From contig JANHCV010000010.1 of the NCBI GenBank assembly GCA_025594325.1, positions 1 through 64,000 of the forward strand: 64,000 bases of DNA, given 5' to 3'. Positions 49,110 through 59,574 of this stretch are shown one piece after another. The stretch comes from Blastocladiella emersonii ATCC 22665 (Eukaryota; Fungi; Blastocladiomycota). A program made the position numbers and the translations under genes. The notes under the pieces were generated by a model. It did no database searches and was not told where the DNA came from. It worked only from the letters and a program-made list of their open reading frames with translations. Every line of letters starts with the position of its first letter. Positions within the stretch are counted from its first letter, which is position 1.

Positions 49110-52100
49110 TCACAGCTTGCGCCGCTTGCTCTCGCGCTTGAGCTTCTTGAGCTCGCCAATCTCGTCGCCGAGCCTGCCCTCGATGCGCCGCATCTTGGCC
49201 GCGTACTCGGCGTCCTTGCGCCGCTGCTCCTGCACCCGCACCGACGCCAGGAACTCGGCGTCGCGCCGCAGCTCGCGCAGCACGCCCCTGCGCTCCTGCT
49301 TGACCTGCGCCTTGAGCTTCTCCGTCTCGAGGTCCGCCGCCACCTTGCTGTCCTCGCCGTACTTGCGGTCCAGCGAGTAGTGCTCCTCGAACGCCGGCTC
49401 CGCCATGGCGATCCCGACCGCACGGTGCTTCTGGAGCTGCAGCGCGCGCCGCCGCTGGATCCCGCGCGCCACGTTGTCGCCCAGCACGTCCGCCAGCTGC
49501 TCGCGCGCCTCGTGCAGCAAAACGTGCATCGTTGCGGGCGCCGCCTCGGCCGGGGCCGCCGCCGACGACGACGACTTGGACGCCTTGCTGCGCTTGCCCT
49601 TCTTCTTGCCCTCGGCCTCAGCCTCGGCTTCGCCCACCGGTGTTGGCCCCGGCAGGCCCTTGAGCAGCGTCACCACCGGCGCGTACAGCTCGGGCACCGA
49701 CTCAAGCGTCGCGCCGTACAGCGCGTCGAGCTCGTTCAGCTGCCGCAGCGTTGCCATGAGGATCGACGAGTGCACCGCCGCCCCGCCCGCCGCCTTGCTC
49801 GTCGTCCCGAGCGGGAGCTTGCCGGGCGCCGCCGTCAGCGGGCCGGGCGCGAGCAGGTCCGTCGTCGGGAAGTGGCCCGCCGTGCTCGAAGAGTACGCCG
49901 ACACGAGCCGCACCAGGTAGTTGAACACCTCGGGCATCCACCGCTTGCTGTGCACCTGCGTCTCGATGCAGAACCCCGTCAGGAACAGGCCCGTCGCCGC
50001 ATCGCCCAGCGTCCGCGGCGGCCGCACCAGGTAGCTCGCCACCACCACCAGCAGCGGCGTGATCACCGCGTGGTAGAAGTCGGACACGGAGAACACGTTG
50101 CCGAGCACCTTGAAGCACAGCAGGTTCGCCACCGAAAAGTCGGTCGGCGCAGCCTGCTCGCTGCCCAGCAGCGACGCCAGCATGTCCGACGCCCACTGCG
50201 CCATGGCCTGCGGGAACGCCTTGGCCATGTCGGTCACCACCGGGTACAGCGTGTCGAACGCCGCGCGCACCTCGTGCGTCGTGCTCGCCTCGAGGTTCCA
50301 CATGTAGTTGAGCAGGAACCCGAGCGCCTTGCCCTGCCGCTCCTTGTTGCCGACCGCCAGCGACGGGTGGTACAGCTTGCGGAACCGCGTCATGAGCTCC
50401 GCCACCTGGTCGACCGACCGCCCCGCCATGAGGTGGTCGAAGTCGTCTTGCCGCTCGGGCGCCGCGAACGTGTACGGCAGCTCCTCCTTGGCCTTGAGCA
50501 TCATGGCCGTGCGCTCCTCCTCGGACATCTCAAACTTGCCGTCGCCGAGCTTGCCCGCAGACCGGCGCCGGCGCGCGCCCGCACCCTCGTCGTCGGACCA
50601 GATGTCGGACCCGTCGTCGTCCTCGTCCTCGTCGTCCGAGTCATCGACCTCGTCCGAGTCGGCCTCGAGCTGCGACCCGTCCTCGTCCGAGTCCTCCTCC
50701 TCGTCGTCATCCGTTTCCTCCTCGTCGCTGTCGGACATCTCGGACGCCTTGCGCTTCTTGACGAAGATGGACGCGCCGTTGACGAGCGAGCCGTCGGTGC
50801 CGTACGTGAGGGCCTGGGGCTCGCCGGCCGTGGCGTTGCCGAACCGGTCGACGGCCACGTTGCCGTTGAGCTCGTCGTCGGACCAGATGTCGGACCCGTC
50901 GTCGTCCTCGTCCTCGTCGTCCGAGTCATCGACCTCGTCCGAGTCGGCCTCGAGCTGCGACCCGTCCTCGTCCGAGTCCTCCTCGTCGCTGTCGGACATC
51001 TCGGACGCCTTGCGCTTCTTGACGAAGATGGACGCGCCGTTGACGAGCGAGCCGTCGGTGCCGTACGTGAGGGCCTGGGGCTCGCCGGCCGTGGCGTTGC
51101 CGAACCGGTCGACGGCCACGTTGCCGTTGAGCTCGTCGTCGGACCCGAACTCGGGCTCGGCGCCCTCGGCCGCCTCCATCTCGCGGCGGCGGCGCTCGCG
51201 CTTGGCGCGGTACCCGCCGGCCTTGGGGCCCGCGGCGGCCTCGTCCTCGTCGTCGGACGCGATGCCGTTCATGCGGCGCATGCGGTCGCGCTCGAGCCGC
51301 TCGAGGCGCTCCTTCTCCTCGGCGGCGAGCTCCTCCTCGGTCTTGGTGCGGTCCGTGGGCTTGGCGCGCTTGTCGAAGCGCAGCTCGCGCACCATCGAGT
51401 CAAAATCGTCGGCCTCGGCGCGCGCGGCGGGCGCGGGCGCAGCGGCAGTAGCGGCGGCGGGGACGGCCTTCTTGTCGACGAGCAGGGCGCGGATGGCGTC
51501 AAACTCGTCGTCGAGCTCAATGCGCATGTCCTCGTTCTCCTCGCGCTCGCGCTGGCGCTCGGCCTTGTGCTGCTTGGACTTGGCCATGACCTCCTTCATA
51601 ACGTCGGCCTTGGACTTGTGCTTGTCGCCGCCGGCGTGGTTGCTGCCGCCGCCGAACATGGCCTCGGCGTAGTTGCGCGACAGGTTGCCGTTGTCCTCGT
51701 CGTCGGAGCCGTGCACGTCGTCGAACGAGTCGATCTCGTCAATGGACCGGCCCAAGTGGGTCAGGCCGCCGAGGTCGTTGGCGTCTTCGGCATCGCCGAG
51801 GTTGAAGGCGGACGCGCCCGATTTGCTGCTCCGAGCAGACGCGCGCTACACGTTTGGGAGGGCGGAGCAGGTCAGCAGCGTGTCGGATCGCGGTCACCAG
51901 TAAAACTAACGGACCTGCTTCTCGCGGGTCCAGCGGAGCATCATCTTCTCCTCCTCGGACATGTTTTTGTCGTGCTCGCCGATACGGCGGTCGACGACGC
52001 CGCCGGCGCGGTTGCGTGCGGCGAGCTCGCCGAGGATGGCGTCCTTGCGGATCTCAAGGCCGCGCTGGCGGGTGAGGCCGGGGCGGCCCTGGGCGCCCTT

Positions 52101-52349
52101 GATCTTGCGGCCGAGCACGTCGTGCTTGGTCTTGGTGACCTTGGCCTCGAAGGGGTTGTTGGAGCGGATCGAGCGCAGCACGGCGTCGGCGCGCTGGGCG
52201 AGGGCGCTCTGGCGCGGCTGGGCCGTCTTGGCGGCGGCCTTGCTCTTGCCGGCCTTGGCGCCGATCAGGCCGGCCGACTTGAGGTTGGCCTTGAGCCGCT
52301 TGAGCGTCGACCCGCCCGAGGCGCCGGGCCGGTTGGTTCCAGGCTTCAT
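49110..52349 (-). CDS. NOP14: Nucleolar protein 14 (SSU processome), 2 exons
   Basis: NPFE...KHDVLGR...G.PG, DRRIGE...EEKMMLRWTREKQ, FNL...LTHLGRS, KSKADVMKEVMAKSK, RAKPTDRTKTEEE, ELPYTF. Intron 51846-51914. Confidence 0.93.
50586..51145 (-). repeat. In-frame tandem duplication inside NOP14 (units of 285 bp and 261 bp)
   Basis: The block SDDELNGNVAVDRFGNATAGEPQALTYGTDGSLVNGASIFVKKRKASEMSDSDEE...DGSDIW occurs twice. Unit starts are at 50586, 50871 and 51132. Confidence 0.95.
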
Positions 52350-52695
52350 GGTAGTGTGCGATGCGTGTGGTGCGTAGCGTGGGTGGATGCCGCCTTCGTG
52401 GTCAATCCGTTGCCATGCAACACGTAATCGCGACCACAGCGGAGCGCGTGCAGCAGGCAGGGTGTCGTGTTTTCGCGGTCAGGTGGGGTCGGGTGACGCG
52501 TTGGCGGCGCCACGGGAGGTGCGTGCGGCCATGTGACGGCTCGGCACGGTCGTACGTCACGAGCGCGCGTCGTTCACCTCGCGTCCGCCGCCGCGCCGGC
52601 CGCTCAGCTCGCCCGGTCCCCCTAAACCACGACGCATCCGAGCAACACACGCATCTGCAACGCAACGCATCGAACCCCTCATCCCAGTCTACACC

Positions 52696-53528
52696 ATGGT
52701 ATCGACACCCACCCGCGGCGACCGATGGATCGGATCGGGCTCGAGGCCGGCGTGCTGACGCACCCCTCCCCTCCCCCGCGTCTAGTCGATTATGGCATAC
52801 AACGGAGCGTCGGTGGTGGCCATGAAGGGCAAGAACTGCGTGGCCATCGCCAGCGACCGCCGCTTCGGCGTGCAGGCGCTGACCGTGTCGTGCGACTTCC
52901 AGAAGATCTTCAAGGTCAACGACCGCCTCTTCTACGGGCTCGCCGGCCTCGGCACCGACGTGCAGACGCTGTCGGAGCGCTTCCGCTTCAAGTCCAACAT
53001 GTACAAGCTGCGCGAGGAGCGCGACCTGGAGCCCAAGACGTTCGCCCACATGGTGAGCTCGACGCTGTACGAGAAGCGCTTCGGGCCCTACTTTGTCGAG
53101 CCCGTGGTCGCCGGCCTCGACAAGAAGGGCGAGCCGTTCGTGTGCTCGACCGACCTGATTGGCTGCATCAACTTTGCCAAGGACTTTGTCGTGGCCGGCA
53201 CCGCGTCGCAGAACCTGTACGGCATGTGCGAGACCGTGTGGCGCGAGGACCTCGAGCCCGAGGAGCTGTTCGAGGCCGTGTCGCAGGCCCTGCTCAACGC
53301 CGTTGACCGCGACTGCTTGTCCGGCTGGGGCGCCGTCGTGCACATCATGTACGCTGCTTCTGGGGTGGCGGCCGCGTATCGGGCCGTGACTGACTGACAC
53401 GTTGCTCCGTGTAGCACGCCCGAGAAGATCATCACGCGGACGCTCAAGGGCCGCATGGTACGCACTGCTTACTCGCCGCACCCACCGAACAGCCCCTCAC
53501 TCGCCTCGCTCTCGCCGTGTAGGACTAG
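52696..53528 (+). CDS. PUP3: 20S proteasome subunit beta-3, 4 exons
   Basis: M|[28 protein letters not shown]...[11 protein letters not shown]...[14 protein letters not shown]...[14 protein letters not shown]|[15 protein letters not shown]|D*. Confidence 0.97.
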
Positions 53529-53625
53529 AGCACCGTGTCCATGCTGTCACGTCATCAATTGGAGTCTTTCTGTGTTCAATGGATTCACGCCCTCGTTTGT
53601 ATACCATCAGGATCCCCCTCGCTCC

Positions 53626-53999
53626 TCACTTGCTCGATGACGACGACGACGAGCTGAAGGGCGACGCAATCTCCTTTTGCGCCTCGGCCAGCATCTTGTC
53701 AATCTTCTTCTCCTTGACGGCGCCCTACGCTCGCCCGCTGAGTGTCAGTCCATGCTCGCGTTGACGCTGAACCCAACGCGCGCGCGTACCATCACACACT
53801 CGCGGTACCGCTGGAAGATCTCCTCGCACTCGGGCTTGGTCTCGCCCGAGAGGAACTTTTCCGTGTACCACTTGTTGAAGCAGTTATCGTACTCGTGCTT
53901 GAGCGGGGTGCACTCCTTGCCTGCAGCCGTGTCTCATCGCGACCCGTCAGCGATGCTCGGACCGGTCCCCGTGGCGTGAAGCGTACCGATGGACTCCAT
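53626..53999 (-). CDS. MDM35: MDM35/TRIAP1 twin-Cx9C mitochondrial intermembrane-space protein, 3 exons
   Basis: Spliced product [60 protein letters not shown]... Confidence 0.88.
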
Positions 54000-54113
54000 G
54001 GTGGATGTTGCAGCGAGTTGTTGCGCTGAAGAAGGGGCGATGGTGAGTGGAGAGGGAGCAATCGAGCATCTATTTCTTTCGCTCGGGACATCAACACGCG
54101 CGCGCGTCCGCCA

Positions 54114-55957
54114 TCACCGCGCGCCCGCCATCCTCGGCTCGCCGCCGGCCGCGTCCGCCTCGACGACGGCCGCCATCTCGAGCGTGAGCATATCGACGCG
54201 GAGCGCCGCGAGCACGTCGTCCTCGCTGTCGCTGTCGGTGTGCGGGTCGAGCACGCACAGCGGGAAGACGCCCTGCGCGCCCGTCGCGACGTCGACGCCC
54301 CACGCCCACGCGTCCGAGTACATGCGCGTGACGGCGACGCGCGCACCGCGACGCAGACTCACCTCGTCGTCGCGCGCCGCGTCGAACGCCACGCTGACGC
54401 GGCGCAGACCGCGGAGGACCGCCGTCGTTCCGCCCCGGTGCGCGCGCGCAGCGAGGTACCGCGGCAGCGTCGTTGTCACCGAGGGCGTTGGAGATAGCGG
54501 CGACAGGGCGGGGCTCGGGTCGACGGCAGCAGCAGATGAGAAGAAGTAGGAAGAGGTCGGCGACGTCGTTGGCGGCCGCACAATCGACCCGCCGACCGTC
54601 GAGTCGCGCCGCGACAGCGTGCGGTGGCTGAGCCGGGACAGCGGCGGGTCGCACTCGTCGTCGTACTCGTACTCGTCCTCCTGCTCGACGAGGTGCGGCA
54701 CCGCCATGAGCTGCTGCGCCGGCGGCAGCGACGCTCCGGGCGCGACCGCGACGCCGATCGCACGCGACATGAGCTGCGGCGTCCCGATGACGAGGGTCGT
54801 GTTGGACGAGGACGGGCGCGGGGATCTGGGGCCTGCGCCGGCCTGGTCGTGCGACAGGTTCTTGGCGTGGGCAGTAGTAGCCGACGGGACGCTGGCGTAC
54901 AGCGCGCTGCCGCTGCTGCCTCGCTTGCTGGCGCTCCCTGCGCCATCGTCACCGTCGCGTTGTGACGGGTGCGTCAGCGTCGTGCCCGACAGGGGCATCA
55001 CGGACGGCACCGCCGCCTCGCCCGCCGCCGCGCGGCGGTCGAGGCTCCCGAACCACCCGTGCGGGAACAGGAGCGAGTCACGGCGGTCGGACCCGTCGCC
55101 GCGGGACGGTGCTGCGCCGCTCGTGCGCCGCGAGTCGGTTCCAGCCGCCGCCGCCGTCTTTGCAGCAGCTGCTGCCGCTGCGCCGACGAGCGCCGCGCAC
55201 TCTGAAGACAGGCACGGAGGTGGCGGTGGCGCGGACGGATCGCCCGCACTGCCGCTGCCGGACTTGAGGGGATGGTGGGGGTGGCGGTTCGCGCGACGGG
55301 TGCGGCGGCGCCGGTGGAGGACGACGAGCGCGATCGAGCCGAGGAGTACGAGCACCGCGGCGCTCGCGCCCGTCGCGATCACGCCGATCTCGCTCGACGA
55401 CAGGCCGCCGCTGTCCGAGTCGGCGGACGTGAGCGACGGCACGGCCGAGGGTGCACCGACGTCGGTCTGCGTTGGCATGGGCGTCGCCAGCGGGTTGGTC
55501 GGCGGGGTTGCCGTCCCGCGAGCCGTCGCGCGGAGCGTTGCAGCGACGGGCGTCGGCGTCGTGCCGGGCTTCCACGGGTACTGCACGCCAATGTCGCGGC
55601 ACTTGCCCGCGGCCTCCCACGCGCGCCAGTCGCCCTGCGAGTCGACGCAGTACAGCGCCTCGGCCTGCTGCCGGTTGAGCGTCTTGCCGTCCTCGATGTA
55701 GATGCCGCCGGGCCGCGCCTCGATCGGCCCGCACGCGCCGTACTGCGAGCAGCACTAGATGCAGCGAGAACAGATCAGCGCCGTCTCCCACTACGGAAGC
55801 GCTCGGGCGAGGGGGGCCGTACCAGGCCGCGCGGACACGTCGAGTTGGGGTTCCGCGCGCCGCACAGCGGCTGCCCGTCGTCCGAGACGATCAGGCTGCC
55901 GGGTGCCGGCAGCCCGCGCGCGTCGCAGTCGCGGTCATCCTGCGTAACAGCGTTCAT
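54114..55957 (-). CDS. Receptor-like protein A: hevein/CBM18-like ectodomain, TM helix, C-terminal SH3 domain
   Basis: Exon 1 ...LCGARNPNSTCPRGL, intron 55755-55822, exon 2 CCSQYGACG...YC...DWRAW..AGKC. TM IGVIATGASAAVLVLLGSIALVVL followed by HRRRR. SH3-like RRVSVAFDAARDDEVSL...YSDAWAWG...QGVFPLCVL. Confidence 0.85.
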
Positions 55958-56259
55958 GGTGGGGTGGAGCAGAGTTTGGCGGGCGGAGAGAGAGGAAGGC
56001 GCGCGGGCGAGTGTCGTCGGTTTGGTCCGCCCGCTTTGGCAGGGCGTTCAACGCATGCGCGGCTCCCCCGATCACAGACGCCCTCCAAGGCGGATCACGC
56101 CAAAGATCATGTAGATCCCACCGCAGCCTGAAAAATTCTCCTCTTTGCCAACGCGTCCTGCCAGCTGGGTCGTCCACCTTACATTCGCGCCGTTCATGAC
56201 CACGTTACAAAGTTTTATTCAAATCAGTTACAGCCTGCACCTCGCAACAGACGCGGTAC

Positions 56260-57947
56260 TCATTTGTACTCGAACATGACATGGACCGGCGCCCGCATTA
56301 CCCGGCCGCCGCCCAGCACCCTAACGGGTCGAGGCCGCAGCGCCTCGAGCAGTTGGAGGTCAACGGCCGTGAGCGGCGCCTCTCCGTCCGCAGCGCGAGG
56401 AGCTGACGCAGGATCAGAGGGTGCCACGGGCGCTGGGCGCGCAGCAGGCGCAAGGTTCGCTTCGGCGGGAGCTGCTGCGGCCGCCATCGCCGACGAGGAC
56501 GAAGCCGAGGAAGCGGAAGCGAACGCAGCGAGCGTGGCGTCGTCCTCCTTGAACAGCTGGACGAGCGTCTTGGGGTCCGACGCGATGAGCTTCGCCTTGG
56601 AGGAGCTCTCGACGAGCACCGCGCTTCTGCCGCCGCCCAGCGACGCAAGACTCGTGTAGAAGAGATCGAACGGCGAACTCTCACCCGCGGCCGTGGCAGC
56701 TGCAGGCGACGCGGGCGAGAACTGGTCGTCGAGCGGCGACAAGAGGCTGACCGGGACCACGACCACTTCCTGCGGCTGCTCGGACGGCGTGGTAGCCTGG
56801 GACTCGTTGCAGGTGAGCTCCACGTTAGTTTCGGCGTCCACCTGACGCTCGAGAACCGACGACTCGGAGATCTGCGACAGGGCGGCGTCGCGGGACCGAG
56901 CCGGATCGCGCGTCGATGCCAGCGGGGTGGCCGCGTCGGGACCGGACGGCACAACGCCGAGATGGATTGCGGGTGCCGTGACGATTGTATGGTTGACAAA
57001 CTGCCGGAGCGGGGGCAGATACAACGGCTGCTTCGCGTCGATGACCGGCGAACGGATGTTGAAGCTCCGCGGCAACGAAACCGCCTTTGGTCGCCGCGGC
57101 AAGGCGCCGTACAGCCGGCGCAGCGTCAAGGAGACGAAGCTCTCGTGAGGTTTGCCAGCCGCCGGCGATCCAGGGAGCTGTTCATCTTGGCTGGGCACCG
57201 CACGGACGCCTACAGGGCGTTGGCGGCGAGACGGATCAAGGCCACGAGAGCGCAGGAACATGCCCGCGGCCCCCACCGCAACGGCTGCGACGACTACAAG
57301 ACTGACGACTGCGATCGTCGAGAGGCCGCCGTTGTTTGGGGCGACGGTAACGACGCGATCACCAACGGCGCCGCCAGTGCTGGTCGTACCGCTGGTTCCA
57401 TAGTCGCCGCTCGATCCACCACCACCAAGTGCAGATCCGTTCGCGCCCGGCCGCAGCCCGGTACCCGAGCCCGCAAGCTTCGACGGCGGCCGCTCGCCGT
57501 TGGGCCACGGATACACGGCGCCGCCGAGCGCCGAGCACTTGCCCGCGGCAGTCCATCCACGCCAGTCGCCGGCGATCTTACCGGTACAGAACGCGGCCGT
57601 GGCGGCGGCCTTGGTGATGACGTTACCGGTCGTGTCGACATACTCGCCCGTGGCGCTAGCGACAGGTCCACACTGCCCGATCGCGCTGCAACGTCAGGAA
57701 GAAGTTAGCCGACTTCCAATTCTGCCACCGTTGACGCGTTCACGCGCACCTGCATCACTACAAACACGCGAAGCTGTCGTCAGCAAACGAGTCGGGCCAA
57801 TCGGTCTTAGGTCTGATGGCGCACCTGATCCTGAAGGCAAGTTACGGTCGCGTTGCAGATCGGGACGCCGTTTGCCCCGAACACGAGCTTCGTGGCAGGT
57901 TCCGGAAGCCCGGTCTGGTCGCACTGCTTCTGAGAGAAGCTTGCCAT
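56260..57947 (-). CDS. Receptor-like protein B: hevein-like ectodomain with an in-frame TGA in an 8-nt micro-exon (nonsense allele, pseudogene or recoding)
   Basis: Exon 1 57825-57947 (41 codons), micro-exon 57750-57757 (TGATGCAG), exon 3 from 57685 in frame with ORF 56260..57516. TM helix present. Ends RPRPVRVLGGGRVMRAPVHVMFEYK*. Confidence 0.75.
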
Positions 57948-59164
57948 GATGGGAAGGGGTGCGAATGTCGTGAATCGGGAGCGAGGGTCGAGTTTCACAT
58001 CGCGGCCGCGGTGAGCCCGTGTTGGCAGGTGCGGGAAGCCCGACCGCACGCACCGCAGGAATCACGTTTAGCACCGTATCGCAAAACAGGATGAGACAAT
58101 CATCCAGCCACTCGGGCTCTCCGTTGCAAACATGTTCAGGTCGGCTGTTGCGGGGCTCGTGGAAATGTCAAGTTGGCGAGCGGCATCAGCTGTCCATAGC
58201 AAGACGTTCAAGCTATCGCTCACTTCATTTTGCCATGTGAGGTGTCAGGGGAGCTGACGGCCGCGAGTTCGTCAAGGGTCGTGATCGGCGCGGTCACGCG
58301 GACGTGAGCAGCGCGTCCTCGCCTCGGCGCAGCCTCGCATCACGTGATACGACTTAGACGTCTAAATTCGAGATGCACCATAAACTTTGGCCTCGCCAGT
58401 CGTGCACGGCCCGGCGTTGCCGCCGCCCGCCCGGCCTGATCCGCCGCCGCCGCGGCGGGCGCCCCTCACCCGCGCAAAGCGCGCGGCCGATGGCTACGCA
58501 CCGTGCTGTCTTGCCCCGTTCGCTGACCCTGACGATGGGTGCTGCGCCGCGGGAAACCCGCGGCGAAAGGCAGTGGCCCTCGCTGACGCAGCGGTGGCCT
58601 GCCGACACAACGGCGGAACCCTCGCTGCGCACCCGGCCCTCCGACCAGCATTCGGGATCCCCGTCAACGACGACGGCTCCCCGCTGACCGTCGGGCCGGC
58701 CCTGACCCTTTTTGACCCCCTGCATGGCTCGTGGATCGACGCCCGCGTCGCCCCGCGACTCGGCGACTGGCAAGTCGCTGAGGACCCTGGCTTCCCGCCA
58801 GGGCCGCCGTAGCGCATCCCTGCACCACCGGGCGCGTCTGGACTAGCCCTAGTCTAGCTCGCGCCTGGAGGGTGTGCAGCGACATGCGCTAAGCTGCGGA
58901 GCACGCTCACACGCTCCGCTACCGCCAGGTGGGTCGAGATTTGGGGCAGCCGGGTTGGAGGGTTCTCGGCCTCGGGCTGGTCTCCCTGCCAGCCTCCCTG
59001 CCTCCGCGCGCGCCCAGCCCCATAGGTTTTTCTCCTGTTGTGCTGCCGTTCGTGAGCTCTGTTTGGTGACTGTGTGGTGACGATGAGTCGTTTTTGTCTT
59101 TCCTTTGCATTTTTCCTCCTCTAGCACGTGAATACACCTGGGCGAATTTTCAAAAAAAAAAAAT

Positions 59165-59430
59165 GCACCATAAACTTTCTTCTGAGCATTGTATCGTGAT
59201 CAGGGGACATCAGGGACCCCAGAAATGCAAAAATCTCCGAGTCGAAGTGTCGGGGTGTCGAAAAGTTGTCCGAGCGTGCAAAGTTGAAAAAAACTTTTGG
59301 TTTGGTCGTTCGGACGAAATCGGCCCTTTCTTGAATTCCACCCTACCCTTGACTTCGCTGAAACTTTGCATGTGATCTTCACATGAGTTATGGGCTATTT
59401 TAGCGCCATGGAAATAATTTTACGGTTTAA
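59165..59430. repeat. AT-rich dispersed repeat, copy 2 (inverted relative to 13490-13810)
   Basis: The reverse complement of 59357-59430 (ccgtaaaattatttccatggcgctaaaatagccc...gaagatcacatgcaaagtttcag) aligns with 13494-13560, in addition to the 59195-59255 block. Confidence 0.75.
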
Positions 59431-59574
59431 TTTGCGTGCTCTGGCGGACGGCGGTAAGTTAGCTTCAGTAATTGCGCTCGGCCGCGGCTTGCTCGGAGCT
59501 CGAGCGCGTTTTGGACTGTCAGCGACCGAGAAGCTCGCATAACGTTGTCAGTCATCTAAGATCATGTATTACAC

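Noticed and set aside
49083-52427. 1114-aa plus-strand ORF, and similar long ORFs such as 22318..24336, 23693..25579, 39293..40813 and 19807..21414
   Set aside because: Antisense or off-frame shadows of real genes, caused by extreme GC3 bias. No recognisable domains.
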